This document shows positions 20,073 through 29,783 of a stretch of 64,000 bases of DNA, piece after piece. Under the pieces are notes generated by a model. That model was not told where the DNA came from. It worked only from the letters and a program-made list of their open reading frames with translations, and made no database searches. The stretch is from Candidatus Thorarchaeota archaeon (GTDB lineage Archaea > Asgardarchaeota > Thorarchaeia > Thorarchaeales > Thorarchaeaceae). The stretch covers positions 1-64,000 of the forward strand of contig JBHLRP010000013.1 of the NCBI GenBank assembly GCA_048882485.1, given 5' to 3'. How positions within the stretch are numbered: position 1 is the first letter of the stretch; each line of letters begins with the position of its first letter. Made by a program: the position numbers and the translations under genes.

Positions 20073-20633
20073 GTGAACGCTAGCGAAGGACTCATTCTTA
20101 GCGAGATTCTGAAGAGACGTAGTGGGAGGGCATATTCTGATAGACCGGTCCCTGATGCCATGTTGGAGTCCATCTTGGAGGCAGGAAGACGAGCACCATC
20201 TTGTGCGAACACCCAAGCCTGGAACTTTGTCGTGTTGAAAAGCCCCGATAAGCTAGCAATGGCACATGAAGCCTTGAGTAGAGGAAACGCATGGGGAAAA
20301 AGGGCGCCAGTTATGATCATAGTTGCAGCGAAAGAAGATGGTGGGTGTTCATCTCATGGGTTGCCGTACTTCATGATGGATGTTGGACTTGCAACAGAGA
20401 ATATCCTCTTACAGACCGTCCATTTGGGTCTCCTGGGTCATCCTACAGCCGGATGGAATGAGGACAGGATGAAAGATATAACTGGAATACCCGATGAGTA
20501 TAGAATTGTAACAGTGGTATTCATCGGCTATGAGGGTGATATTGACCTGCTGGATGAGAGAAATAGAGAGAAAGAGAAGAAGCCGTTTACTAGAAGGCCT
20601 CTCTCAGAGATTGTCCACTGGGATAGATGGTAG
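20073..20633 (+). CDS. Nitroreductase family protein
   Basis: RRSGRAY, APSCANTQAW, DVGLATENILL. Confidence 0.9.
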   Translation: MNASEGLILSEILKRRSGRAYSDRPVPDAMLESILEAGRRAPSCANTQAWNFVVLKSPDKLAMAHEALSRGNAWGKRAPVMIIVAAKEDGGCSSHGLPYFMMDVGLATENILLQTVHLGLLGHPTAGWNEDRMKDITGIPDEYRIVTVVFIGYEGDIDLLDERNREKEKKPFTRRPLSEIVHWDRW

Positions 20634-20634
20634 T

Positions 20635-20802
20635 CTATGGATTGTACTCCATGACCTGCCCACAATGAGCAGGCATGTCCTGATGTCCACATTGAGGGCC
20701 CATCCAACAAACTAGCTGGTCGCCTTCTTGGTGCATCTCCTTTCCGCAGTGAACTGGAACTTTTACCTTTTCTCCACATTTTGCACATACTAGTTCTGCC
20801 AT
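20635..20802 (-). CDS. Small metal-binding protein with two desulforedoxin/rubredoxin-like HCG motifs
   Basis: CAKC..PVHCGKEM...CWMGPQC..PAHCGQVM. Confidence 0.7.
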   Translation of the reverse strand: MAELVCAKCGEKVKVPVHCGKEMHQEGDQLVCWMGPQCGHQDMPAHCGQVMEYNP

Positions 20803-21010
20803 TCGAAGCAAAATCTCCATTCAAAGTCATTGCACGATCTGTGCATCATTAACAATAGTGAAAATAGTATTGCTATAAACGTTTGGCTGGGGGAAAGATG
20901 TCTTCGTGAGATAACAGGAACTTCATGGTATTGGAATGAAATAAGGTATGACAAGAGCTCTATCGTACTAAGGGGTGACTTCGCGGACCTTTTTTCTTGG
21001 AATGATTCAA

Positions 21011-22270
21011 CTACTTCGGGAGGTATTTAGCTGGGTCCTCTGAATACACCTTCTCCTCTGTCTTGTGAGCGCCTGGTGTGTCAAGCTCTATGTCTCGTTT
21101 CAAGTTTCGGTCAAGAGACAGAATCTCCTTGAATATTTCATTTTGCACTATAAGGCGTTGAACTTCGTTACTGCCTGTCCAAATGGTGGCCAACCTCGCA
21201 TCACGATAGAGCCGCTCAATAGGATAGACATCGGTATATCCAATTCCACCAAGAATCTGCATTGCTTCATGCACAGCTTTGAAGCCAGCTTCTGTGCTAT
21301 ACGCCTTTGCTTGAGAAACCTCCTTTCTACACCAAGCGCCAGTATCAGCCACCTTAGCCGCACGATATACCAATCCACGTGCTGCATCGAGTTCTGTCAC
21401 ACAGTCAGCCACCTTGAAGCTAACAGCTTCGAACCTGCGTATTGGCCTGCCAAAAGCTTCACGCCTGTCCGCATACCTCGCTGCCAGCTCTATGGCTACT
21501 TGGCCCAGTCCGATTGCACCTGCAGCAGATGTCAGGCGTTCTGGGACCATCATGGCGTTGAACACATCATTTCCGTCATGCAGTTCTCCAACGAGATTGG
21601 ACTCAGGAACCTCCACGCCCGACATCACGATTCGTGCCGCGCCCATGCCACGACAACCCATGAGTTCGTATTCCTCTTGGACTTTGACTCCTGCGTCACG
21701 GTCCACTAGAAACGCACTCAGCGATTTATGGGGCGGAGCTTCAAAGTCAGTCTTGGCATATACCAAGAAATAATCAGCTCCAACTCCTCCCGCCACAAAT
21801 CGTTTCTCCCCATTTATGACGAATGTATCACCATTCTTTATGGCGGTGGTGTTTGTGCCGAAGAAGTCTGATCCTCCTCTAGGCTCGGTCAGACCTTCGC
21901 CACATATCTTCTCACCTTTGAGTGTTGGTAGCAAGTACTCCCGCTTCTGTTCCTCTGTCCCGTACTTCTCTATGCCTTCCCCTATTATGCTAGGAAGTGA
22001 ATAGGCGCATCCGAGAGAGATTCCTAAAACACCTACTTCCTCCACCGCAAGCATCTCAGATACCCAACCAAGCCCTCTGCCTCCATATTCTTCTGGAAAT
22101 CGGAGACCGAGTAGATTGGCCTTTGCAGCAGTCTTAACAAACTCATAGGGATACTCTTTCTCTTTTGAGTCCATGGCAACAATCAGGCTTGGGTCCACCT
22201 TATCGCGGACAAATGCGCGAACCTCGTCACGCAGTTTCTTTTCTTCATCACTCAGTAGAATATCAAACAT
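21011..22270 (-). CDS. Acyl-CoA dehydrogenase
   Basis: LTEPRGGSD, NGEKRFV, RREAFGRPI, QILGGIGY, IWTGSNEVQR. Confidence 0.95.
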   Translation of the reverse strand: MFDILLSDEEKKLRDEVRAFVRDKVDPSLIVAMDSKEKEYPYEFVKTAAKANLLGLRFPEEYGGRGLGWVSEMLAVEEVGVLGISLGCAYSLPSIIGEGIEKYGTEEQKREYLLPTLKGEKICGEGLTEPRGGSDFFGTNTTAIKNGDTFVINGEKRFVAGGVGADYFLVYAKTDFEAPPHKSLSAFLVDRDAGVKVQEEYELMGCRGMGAARIVMSGVEVPESNLVGELHDGNDVFNAMMVPERLTSAAGAIGLGQVAIELAARYADRREAFGRPIRRFEAVSFKVADCVTELDAARGLVYRAAKVADTGAWCRKEVSQAKAYSTEAGFKAVHEAMQILGGIGYTDVYPIERLYRDARLATIWTGSNEVQRLIVQNEIFKEILSLDRNLKRDIELDTPGAHKTEEKVYSEDPAKYLPK

Positions 22271-22294
22271 TGTCCGTTCCTCGCGGATAGATAA

Positions 22295-22639
22295 CTATAC
22301 GCCGCGCAATAAAGAGTCTAGGGTGTCTTGAGAGCCAGGGTCCCTCCGGATATGAATAGCATCAGTTGGACATACCAGTTCGCATGCTAGGCACAGGATA
22401 CATTGAGCATCAAGAACCGGATCCACGACATCATCGCCATCTTCGGAAACCCAAGCCGCAAAAACATTCACAGGACATGCAGTCACACATTTCATGCATC
22501 CGATACACGATTCAAAGTGTACACCAGCAATGTCACCATGAATCCTGCCACTTTCTCTTTCATTCCTTGACCATACTGGATGACCTTCATGCGAGTCAAT
22601 TATTGACCAACTGGTTCGAAATGTCTTATCAATAGGCAC
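22295..22639 (-). CDS. zfx: Zinc-containing dicluster ferredoxin (Zfx type)
   Basis: MPID..HEGH..IHG N-terminal extension; CIGCMKCVTACPVNVF and CILCLACELVCP. Confidence 0.75.
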   Translation of the reverse strand: MPIDKTFRTSWSIIDSHEGHPVWSRNERESGRIHGDIAGVHFESCIGCMKCVTACPVNVFAAWVSEDGDDVVDPVLDAQCILCLACELVCPTDAIHIRRDPGSQDTLDSLLRGV

Positions 22640-22678
22640 CTGGCGTATTTCAACAGTGAGACTTTAGAATATACCGCG

Positions 22679-23062
22679 TCATTTGTGAAACGGGTGGGAT
22701 ATCTTGTTCACAATCCACCATCTTCCATCTTGGCTTATGAGGTTGAAGTAATCTACATACCGTACATTCTGATTCTCGATGCTGATCTTGGCCGACGCGG
22801 CTTTTCCTGTCACATCGATATAGAAGAACTTCGTTTCCCATTTCAATCTCTTATCGACCTCATCTGGATTGTACCAAGACTTGTACTCATCTCTGTCCAC
22901 AATCTCTAGCTGCCCCTCGTCGTTTTGCATGAAGAACTTCCAATCTGGATGAAGCACTCCTTCATACAGTATAGGATCTGAATGAACGTGGCCCTCATGA
23001 TAATAGTCCATGATTGCTTTTTCTATTGCCTTCTTCTCTGACTCGTTATCCTCCGCGGACAT
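22679..23062 (-). CDS. NTF2-like (putative lumazine-binding) protein
   Basis: DYYHEG..LHPD..IDVTGKAASAK..YVDYFNL..GRWWIVNK. Confidence 0.8.
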   Translation of the reverse strand: MSAEDNESEKKAIEKAIMDYYHEGHVHSDPILYEGVLHPDWKFFMQNDEGQLEIVDRDEYKSWYNPDEVDKRLKWETKFFYIDVTGKAASAKISIENQNVRYVDYFNLISQDGRWWIVNKISHPFHK

Positions 23063-23117
23063 GTCAATCACTCCAAAGATATTGGGCAAATTCCGAAAAG
23101 GGTTTCTAATTCAGCAA

Positions 23118-24005
23118 TCATCTACCGATATCAGACTCTTCGAGGAGATAGTCAAGAACACTTTGCCAGATTGTGCCATCCTCTCTCCACTTGTTCTCGA
23201 AGTTGTTTGTATTGACCCATTCTCTCAAAGCACTCGTGGCAGCAGCTGAGAATTCTTCGTCTACTGCTGTGAGGAAACCCTGCTTCACGAGAGCCTGCTG
23301 AATCTTCAGTGAGGTACTACCCTCTATGCGATGAAGCCTGCTAGGATCTTCTCTGCTCAAGAGCGTCATGTCATATAGAGCAAAGATGCGCTCTAATTCC
23401 TCAATCGGTTTTGGATGGTCATCGACTCTTACATCAACATACCTGTCATTTCCACCCTCATAGCCGCCTTCCTTTCGGACTACCAAGACTGCGGCGGACT
23501 GCATTCCTCTTCTATCACCGCCAGCCGCCTGTCCAGCATTGAGTGCCGCAAACAGTCTGTCTATCAGATCTCCCTCCGTCTTCTCATATGCTTCGGCCAT
23601 ATTCTTGACAACGTCTTCACCTGCCAAGATGTTCCCTTGACACGCATATCCATCACCAACCACATGACCTGCCCACTCCATGCATTCTTTCCCCGTGTGT
23701 GACACGGCAAGGCCTTTCCCATCAACAATTCCAACTTGTCTATGCTCGACCTTGTCATCACCATTCAGTAGGGCCTTCAGGGTTTCTGAAGCATTCTTTC
23801 CTTCAGAAAGGAGCTTCAGTCCTCTTAGACCGTAGGAGGTATTAGCCCAAGCCTGAGTCGCCACTCCTCCTGCCTCAGCTAATGCCCATGGGACAACGGC
23901 GCCTACTGCAGGAAACTTTGACTGTACGATGATTCCAATATCGCCATTTGAGGGGTCTCTTGCCACAACCGAGAATGTCGATGGATAACAGCATCTTTTC
24001 ACCAA
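23118..24005 (-). CDS. DUF1028 Ntn-hydrolase-like protein
   Basis: TFSVVARD, QSKFPAVG, QGNIL, GGDRRGMQSA, DVRVDDH. Confidence 0.9.
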   Translation of the reverse strand: MVKRCCYPSTFSVVARDPSNGDIGIIVQSKFPAVGAVVPWALAEAGGVATQAWANTSYGLRGLKLLSEGKNASETLKALLNGDDKVEHRQVGIVDGKGLAVSHTGKECMEWAGHVVGDGYACQGNILAGEDVVKNMAEAYEKTEGDLIDRLFAALNAGQAAGGDRRGMQSAAVLVVRKEGGYEGGNDRYVDVRVDDHPKPIEELERIFALYDMTLLSREDPSRLHRIEGSTSLKIQQALVKQGFLTAVDEEFSAAATSALREWVNTNNFENKWREDGTIWQSVLDYLLEESDIGR

Positions 24006-24158
24006 TTGTCACCTCTAGAGAACAACGAGAGTTTAGAACCCGTTCCTCTTTAGGTAGCCGGTTCAATGAGAAGAAAAATAAAACAAATCTTAAGAGAAGG
24101 AAGTCCTGAAGGAGGGATGCCTTCCCCCGGGGTGATTGATTCAGGAGACTAGCAATCG

Positions 24159-24647
24159 ATGGCGGAAATCTATGTCTGGTACGTGAATTCTACTGGACAA
24201 GAGAAAAGCATCGGTGTCGAGATAAGCGAGAGGTGCGTCAATCTTGACCTTCGCGATATGATCTCGGTGGACATCTTACCACTCATTTGGTGTCAGAATC
24301 TTGAGGATTTGACAATCCGCAATAACAAACTCAGAGAGATAGACCTGTCACCCCTCTCGAAGTGCCCAAACCTTCAAGCACTTAGACTCAACAATAATCT
24401 GCTTGAGAAGCTGGACCTTTCACCCCTTGCTGAATGCTCCAATCTAGAGGAGCTTGCTATCCATGAGAACAGACTCAAGCGGATCGATATTTCTCCGCTT
24501 TTCGAGTGTCATGAGTTAAAGGAGCTTAGACATGATACATCTGTCACACTATTAGCAGATTTGACTCTGAAGTCTGTAGGCAGCTGGCCCGAAGTTCTGA
24601 TGGAAAGATTTCACAGAATACTCTGGAAAATGCCACAGCCCACTTAG
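24159..24647 (+). CDS. Leucine-rich repeat protein
   Basis: 22-aa repeats LxxLxIxxNxLxxIDLSPLxxC. Confidence 0.9.
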   Translation: MAEIYVWYVNSTGQEKSIGVEISERCVNLDLRDMISVDILPLIWCQNLEDLTIRNNKLREIDLSPLSKCPNLQALRLNNNLLEKLDLSPLAECSNLEELAIHENRLKRIDISPLFECHELKELRHDTSVTLLADLTLKSVGSWPEVLMERFHRILWKMPQPT

Positions 24648-24662
24648 AAGAACAGAAGAAGT

Positions 24663-24686
24663 GGACCCGGGAGAGGCCCCGGGCCC
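24663..24686 (-). terminator. GC-rich 3' hairpin followed by a pyrimidine tract
   Basis: GGGCCCGGGG-CCTC-TCCCGGGTCC then ACTTCTTCTGTTCTTC, 15 nt after the stop of 24702-25685. Confidence 0.65.
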
Positions 24687-24701
24687 TGAGAAAAGACGTG
24701 T

Positions 24702-25685
24702 CTAAGTTCCATTATTTCGGTATTTCACAGCAATTACGATTATTGCTAGAGCGCTGAAGCCACCTGCAAGAAGCACAAGCTGGTTGTATTCAATGCCTAG
24801 GAAGGTCCAAGTTGTAGCTAGTGCAGTAATTCCAAGGATGGGGTCATATTCTAGAGTTTCATCTCCAAAGTATTCGAAGGCAATGAAAATAGACTTGCGT
24901 TCTTGTACCATGAGAGGGTCACCATGCGACGCTCTCACTTGGACTTGATGAGAAGCATTACCTGCAAAGGCGTTCTGTGCATACTCCATCCAAGCATTGC
25001 CAAAAGTGAATTCTTGACCTTCATGATCAATCGTCGAAACATCTCTCTCACTGATGTTCCGGTTATGCTCACTCTCACCAACTGCGAATTGAAATACCAG
25101 AATAGAATCAGTGCTTGTCCATTCCCAGCCAGAAACCACAAGGTCGAACTTGAACTGGTCTGGTGTTGCCAGATAGAAGTGGATTCGTATCTGAATCTCA
25201 ACATCCATTGGATTAGTGTGGCCTGGCATACCAGGCATCCCGGGAATGGTTGTCATTCCAGATCCATGGTGGTCATAGGTGTTAGTATTTGTGAAGTTGA
25301 AGTGAATAGCAGTAATCACATCGTTCTGCTCTTCGGTCACGAAACCACTAAACTCCCAGTCATCCATTGGTAAACGGAACAAAGAACCAACTAGATAATC
25401 GATACCACGATCAAAGGCTCCATTCTCGTTCGTATCGTTTGCCTCAAATAGCCTATTGAACATGATATGATAATCCGTTCCAGGATCGGTTTCATTCCAC
25501 CACGCAAAGTGAGGCACTTCACCGTCTGCAGCTACTCGTACTCCTATCTCACCAGTCGTTATTGTTACCACTCCAAGAGATTCCTCAAACTGGAACATTC
25601 GATGGTGGGGCTGAGCTGCCACGAATGGCACTGATGCTAAAACCATCATTGTGGCGAAGATTGCTATTAGTCTTTTATCAATCAA
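24702..25685 (-). CDS. Cell-surface beta-rich protein with C-terminal TM anchor, paralogue A
   Basis: Signal peptide, EANDTNENGAFD loop, KFDLVVSGWEW, LEYDPILG, TM. Confidence 0.8.
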   Translation of the reverse strand: MIDKRLIAIFATMMVLASVPFVAAQPHHRMFQFEESLGVVTITTGEIGVRVAADGEVPHFAWWNETDPGTDYHIMFNRLFEANDTNENGAFDRGIDYLVGSLFRLPMDDWEFSGFVTEEQNDVITAIHFNFTNTNTYDHHGSGMTTIPGMPGMPGHTNPMDVEIQIRIHFYLATPDQFKFDLVVSGWEWTSTDSILVFQFAVGESEHNRNISERDVSTIDHEGQEFTFGNAWMEYAQNAFAGNASHQVQVRASHGDPLMVQERKSIFIAFEYFGDETLEYDPILGITALATTWTFLGIEYNQLVLLAGGFSALAIIVIAVKYRNNGT

Positions 25686-25720
25686 TGATTATACACCAAG
25701 TAAATGATTCCTCAATTTAG

Positions 25721-25752
25721 TATATAATCATTCTATTCCAATGCTATGGAAA
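25721..25752 (-). promoter_or_regulatory. Promoter/operator shared with paralogue B
   Basis: TTTCCATAGCATTGGAATAGAATGATTATATA; 25/32 identical to 28394-28425. Confidence 0.65.
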
Positions 25753-25788
25753 GGCGACTTCGAGAGGACTCGAGGTCACTTTGGCACT

Positions 25789-26616
25789 CTAAATCAGCGC
25801 AGAACTGACTATAGCCAAGAGAAGGATGTTCAAATTCGTGACAATTAGGGTCACGATGGCAGCTCGAGAACTCCTAACAGCTTTTGCACGTGACAGAGCA
25901 ATTGTGAGAATATAGGTGCTCCATGAGATGATACCAAACAGCAGGACTGTGAGAGGCCAGCCACTGAGAACACCCCATTCTGGAATGAAGTACCACATCA
26001 GCTCCACAAGCATGTGAGGCACAAATGCCATTGGTATCGCTGCAAAGAGGCCTCTTGACATGCCTCGCTTGCGAAGAATCGGGATTGACAGGGCCTCGAC
26101 AAGTAAGTAGGTAGTGATCCAAGCTACCATTGCTGCAAGGATTGTAATCCCTGTATCAAAAGCGCCCTGTAGAAAGAAGAGAAAGACAGGAAGAAGACCT
26201 ACCTCTGCAGCAAAGTATCCATAGAGACCAAGAAACACTACAATTTCAAAGAAGAATCGAAGGGGATCAGATTGAATTCGTTTCACGATTGGCTTCATAG
26301 CCAAAATGTCCAGAACCAGATCTCTTGTTGTGCTCTCACATTCCCTTGTGATCACAACGGCCTCTACTTGGTCCTCGCTCTGTTGAATGATATCGTATGC
26401 TGCTTGCCCGAGCTCTGTTAGAGAGTACAGTTTGTTCCCAGTACGTGACACCAGAGGATCATCCGATTTGCTAAGATTGTCCAGATGGAAATATAGTGTT
26501 CCTGGTTCTAGTCCCAATTCTGTGAGATCAGTGTACGAAACCGCCCCTTGATTTCCAATCATAGCAATTATTTGGCGTCTAATGGTGTGCGATAGTGCGC
26601 TATACACATCATCCAT
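25789..26616 (-). CDS. ArsR-like winged-HTH fused to a multi-pass membrane domain
   Basis: YSALSHTIRRQII..SYTDL..GTLYFHL..YSLTELG followed by ~6 TM helices. Confidence 0.8.
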   Translation of the reverse strand: MDDVYSALSHTIRRQIIAMIGNQGAVSYTDLTELGLEPGTLYFHLDNLSKSDDPLVSRTGNKLYSLTELGQAAYDIIQQSEDQVEAVVITRECESTTRDLVLDILAMKPIVKRIQSDPLRFFFEIVVFLGLYGYFAAEVGLLPVFLFFLQGAFDTGITILAAMVAWITTYLLVEALSIPILRKRGMSRGLFAAIPMAFVPHMLVELMWYFIPEWGVLSGWPLTVLLFGIISWSTYILTIALSRAKAVRSSRAAIVTLIVTNLNILLLAIVSSALI

Positions 26617-26703
26617 GACAGAGTCCTTATCCCGCAGAATTATCCCTCAAGCTGATTTCTTCATTTGAATCCCCAAGACAACGAGCACTTATTCATTTCT
26701 CTA

Positions 26704-27471
26704 TCAGCGTCGGGCCCAGACCACTAGATTTCTCGATCTATCAGGTACAATCTCATTCTTCTGATAATCTGAAAAGAAATAGAAATTCTCGAATCCAGCG
26801 GCGACGAGAGCGTTCTTCACCACATCCTTGTTGGTATGTAGGACATGTTGCGTGGAGATTGCCGTTTCCCAGCCAATACCTCTCTTTACAAATGAAGTAG
26901 CCACTAGCGTCGACCAATGTTCATCACTATGCTCATAGAATCTAGAGAACACTACTTCCTCACCGGTAGCTGTTTTTCCACCCTTTATCGGAAAGAACCT
27001 GAATCCTGAGTTCAGGATTTCCTCGAAGTTAAGAACTTGGAAAATGAATGACCCAGACGGACTCAACACATCATGGACTGCCTTTACGACATTCTGCAGA
27101 ACTTCAAAACTAGAAAGCAGTGCTAGCGAGTTCCCAAGACAGAGAACAACATCAAATGACTCATCCACGACTGTCGAGAAGCTTTGCATGTCGGCGATAT
27201 GAAACTCCACTTCCACATCAGCATTCATTGCATGATTCTTAGCTTCTGCAATCATGCCTTCGCTAGTGTCAAATGCAACGACCTGACAGCCAAGAAAAGC
27301 AAGCGCGACTGAATGCCGTCCACTTCCACACGCCATGTCAAGCACTCTCCTTGTGCTGTATTCGCCTATCACTGATTGCAGAAATGGCAGCTCTCTGCTT
27401 AGTCTTGAATCCCAATTGATAGAATTGTCGTAAGCTAATGCCAAATCATCAAAGGACGTCATATCTGTCAA
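26704..27471 (-). CDS. Class I SAM-dependent methyltransferase
   Basis: VLDMACGSGRH, FDVVLCLGNSL. Confidence 0.9.
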   Translation of the reverse strand: MTDMTSFDDLALAYDNSINWDSRLSRELPFLQSVIGEYSTRRVLDMACGSGRHSVALAFLGCQVVAFDTSEGMIAEAKNHAMNADVEVEFHIADMQSFSTVVDESFDVVLCLGNSLALLSSFEVLQNVVKAVHDVLSPSGSFIFQVLNFEEILNSGFRFFPIKGGKTATGEEVVFSRFYEHSDEHWSTLVATSFVKRGIGWETAISTQHVLHTNKDVVKNALVAAGFENFYFFSDYQKNEIVPDRSRNLVVWARR

Positions 27472-28283
27472 CCTCGAGATTGGGAGGGATCAACTTCATC
27501 CTGCATGAAGAGCACGCGCCCCTCCATTCCTCCCGCAACATTGATTATCTGACCGCTCACATGACCAGACAGTTTGTCAGAAGCAAGATACAGAATCGTA
27601 TTGGCTATGTCTTGAACTGCGGCGACCTTGCGCATCGGAATGGTCTGCAGGATTCGCCGAACCATGGCTTCGTCATTCATAGCGTCTTCAGCCATGGGTG
27701 TCACAGTCCATCCTGGATTTACCAAATTCACTCTTCCCTTGCGTGCGAGATGGACTATCTCATTCTTTAGACTAAGCATCAAACCCTGAAGACCAGCTTT
27801 TGATGTTGAATAATCGCAGTACCAAGCTTCACCGAAATATCCTGCTGTCGATCCGATTAGTATGAGTGACGCGTAGTCGCCAGGGTTAGATTCCAAGTTG
27901 GCGAAGAAATGCTTCGAGCAAAGAAAAACTCCGGTCAAGTTCACAGCCAGTGTATTCTCCCATTGCTCCAAGCTCATCTCATGGACGCCCACACCTACAT
28001 GATTGGCAATGCCTGCATTTGCAACTAGGACATCTACTCTACCGAACGAGTCATTAGCTCTTCGAAAGACCTTTTCAACATCAGATTCCTTGCGAACGTC
28101 GGCCTGTACAATGCATATCTTATTGGACCATTTGCCAGCAAGATCGGCTAGTTTCGTGTCAGAGGTCCAATAGGTCGCTGTTAGAAGAGCTCCTTCCTCT
28201 AGGAACGCTCTGACTGTTTCAAGTCCAATGCCTCCTGACCCTCCGGCCACAACCACATGTCGATCCTTCAGACCTGCTTCCAT
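27468..28283 (-). CDS. SDR family oxidoreductase
   Basis: GGSGGIG, ANAG, YSTSK, NPGW. Confidence 0.9.
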   Translation of the reverse strand: MEAGLKDRHVVVAGGSGGIGLETVRAFLEEGALLTATYWTSDTKLADLAGKWSNKICIVQADVRKESDVEKVFRRANDSFGRVDVLVANAGIANHVGVGVHEMSLEQWENTLAVNLTGVFLCSKHFFANLESNPGDYASLILIGSTAGYFGEAWYCDYSTSKAGLQGLMLSLKNEIVHLARKGRVNLVNPGWTVTPMAEDAMNDEAMVRRILQTIPMRKVAAVQDIANTILYLASDKLSGHVSGQIINVAGGMEGRVLFMQDEVDPSQSRG

Positions 28284-28393
28284 AGGAGTAACCTCTCCAT
28301 TGTTGGTCAATTTGACAGACAGCCTTCTCCCTTTCAAGGATTGTGACTTGAAGAAATGTACTCGAATTCAGTTCGAGCAACCCCGAGGTGATA

Positions 28394-28425
28394 TTTCCAT
28401 AAATTTCGAATGGAACTATTATATA
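28394..28425 (+). promoter_or_regulatory. Promoter/operator shared with paralogue A
   Basis: TTTCCATAAATTTCGAATGGAACTATTATATA ending in a TATA box. Confidence 0.65.
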
Positions 28426-28456
28426 TCTATTTGAAAGAATCTACCTTGGTGATTAG

Positions 28457-29422
28457 ATGATCACAGTGCGCAGAACAATGATGTTTGCATTAGCTCTGAC
28501 GGCCTTATTGGCATCTTTGCCTTTCGCTGCCGCACAGAGCACAGGAATTCAGTATCAGCACGCCAACGGTGTTGTGACTCTCACTTCTGATGATATTGGA
28601 GTCAAAGTGAGCGCATTCAACAATGTGCCGCATTTCCAGTTCTGGGATGAGAGTGATGACACACCTGGGGCTGACTACCATGTCACCTTCAGCAAGCTGT
28701 TTGAGGCGAATGATACTAACAATAATGGTGCATATGATGCAGGAGTCGACCACCGCTATGGAGACCCCTACACTCTGCCGACTGATGACTGGGAGTTCAG
28801 CGGTTTTGCCACCGATGAGGAAGATGGTATTGTGACTGGTGTTCACTTCAATTTCACCAATGAGGATACCTTTGTGCCTCCAACTCCAGTGGTATTGGCT
28901 GATATACCAACCTCTATGGATCTTGAGATTCAGATTCGAGTCCACATCAACCTGACTAACTCTAATGAGATGAAGTTCGACATTAGGCTAGAAGGGTGGG
29001 AATGGGCATATGCAGACTCGATACTCGTGTTTCAGTTCTCAGTAGCTGAGAGTGAACATGGTTTCCAGGAAGGAACTGGAGAGCCAGCAGACTTTGAACA
29101 AGACACTTCTGGCTACCGCTTCGAGTTCGGTGATGCCTATATGGAGTGTGCTGAGTTTGCCTTTGCAGACAATTCAACTACTGAACCTCATCAAGTTCAG
29201 ATGAGAGCCACCCATGGTGAAGCTGAACAGGGATCTGTTGGTAAGGCGGTATACCTTGCGTTCGAGTACTTCGGTAATGAAACACTTGACTACGACCCTA
29301 CTATAGGGGTTCTCTCAGCTGACGGTCCTGCACCGCTAAGTACTGAGCATCTTTTGCTCATAGGCGGTGGATCAGTTGCAGTTCTTGTCCTAGTTGCACT
29401 TGTCATAAAGACCAGAGGGTAA
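28457..29422 (+). CDS. Cell-surface beta-rich protein with C-terminal TM anchor, paralogue B
   Basis: EANDTNNNGAYD, KFDIRLEGWEW, LDYDPTIG; colinear with 24702-25685. Confidence 0.8.
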   Translation: MITVRRTMMFALALTALLASLPFAAAQSTGIQYQHANGVVTLTSDDIGVKVSAFNNVPHFQFWDESDDTPGADYHVTFSKLFEANDTNNNGAYDAGVDHRYGDPYTLPTDDWEFSGFATDEEDGIVTGVHFNFTNEDTFVPPTPVVLADIPTSMDLEIQIRVHINLTNSNEMKFDIRLEGWEWAYADSILVFQFSVAESEHGFQEGTGEPADFEQDTSGYRFEFGDAYMECAEFAFADNSTTEPHQVQMRATHGEAEQGSVGKAVYLAFEYFGNETLDYDPTIGVLSADGPAPLSTEHLLLIGGGSVAVLVLVALVIKTRG

Positions 29423-29458
29423 GCCGGAACTCGAATCTCTCTTCGTGTCCATGTGGAT

Positions 29459-29490
29459 GGCCCCGCCCTCTGCGGGGCCCTTTCTTTTTT
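29459..29490 (+). terminator. GC-rich hairpin plus T tract
   Basis: GGCCCCGC-CCTCT-GCGGGGCC-CTTTCTTTTTT. Confidence 0.75.
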
Positions 29491-29492
29491 CA

Positions 29493-29783
29493 TCATCTCA
29501 TTGCCAGAATCAACGTAAGTTGAACAGCAACCATGGAATCAGGTCCGTGTATCCTGATTATCTCTTTAGCTGCCTCAAGATTGGGACCATAGAAACACTT
29601 CCGCATGTCTTGTAGGTCCGGAACACGTCTGAGCAAGCGGAGCTTAGTGAGACGCTTGATTGCTGAGCTGACGGTTCTGGGGGGTAGTTTAGTCTTACTC
29701 GTGATTTCCTTAGGACTCATAGGACCAGTTTGAGCCAGACTCCGCAAGACAACCAGCGCGCTACCAGGGAGCTGAAAAGCCAC
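29493..29783 (-). CDS. MarR/TrmB-like winged-HTH regulator
   Basis: GPMSPKEI..LPPRTVSSAIKRL..PDLQDMR..Y. Confidence 0.8.
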   Translation of the reverse strand: MAFQLPGSALVVLRSLAQTGPMSPKEITSKTKLPPRTVSSAIKRLTKLRLLRRVPDLQDMRKCFYGPNLEAAKEIIRIHGPDSMVAVQLTLILAMR

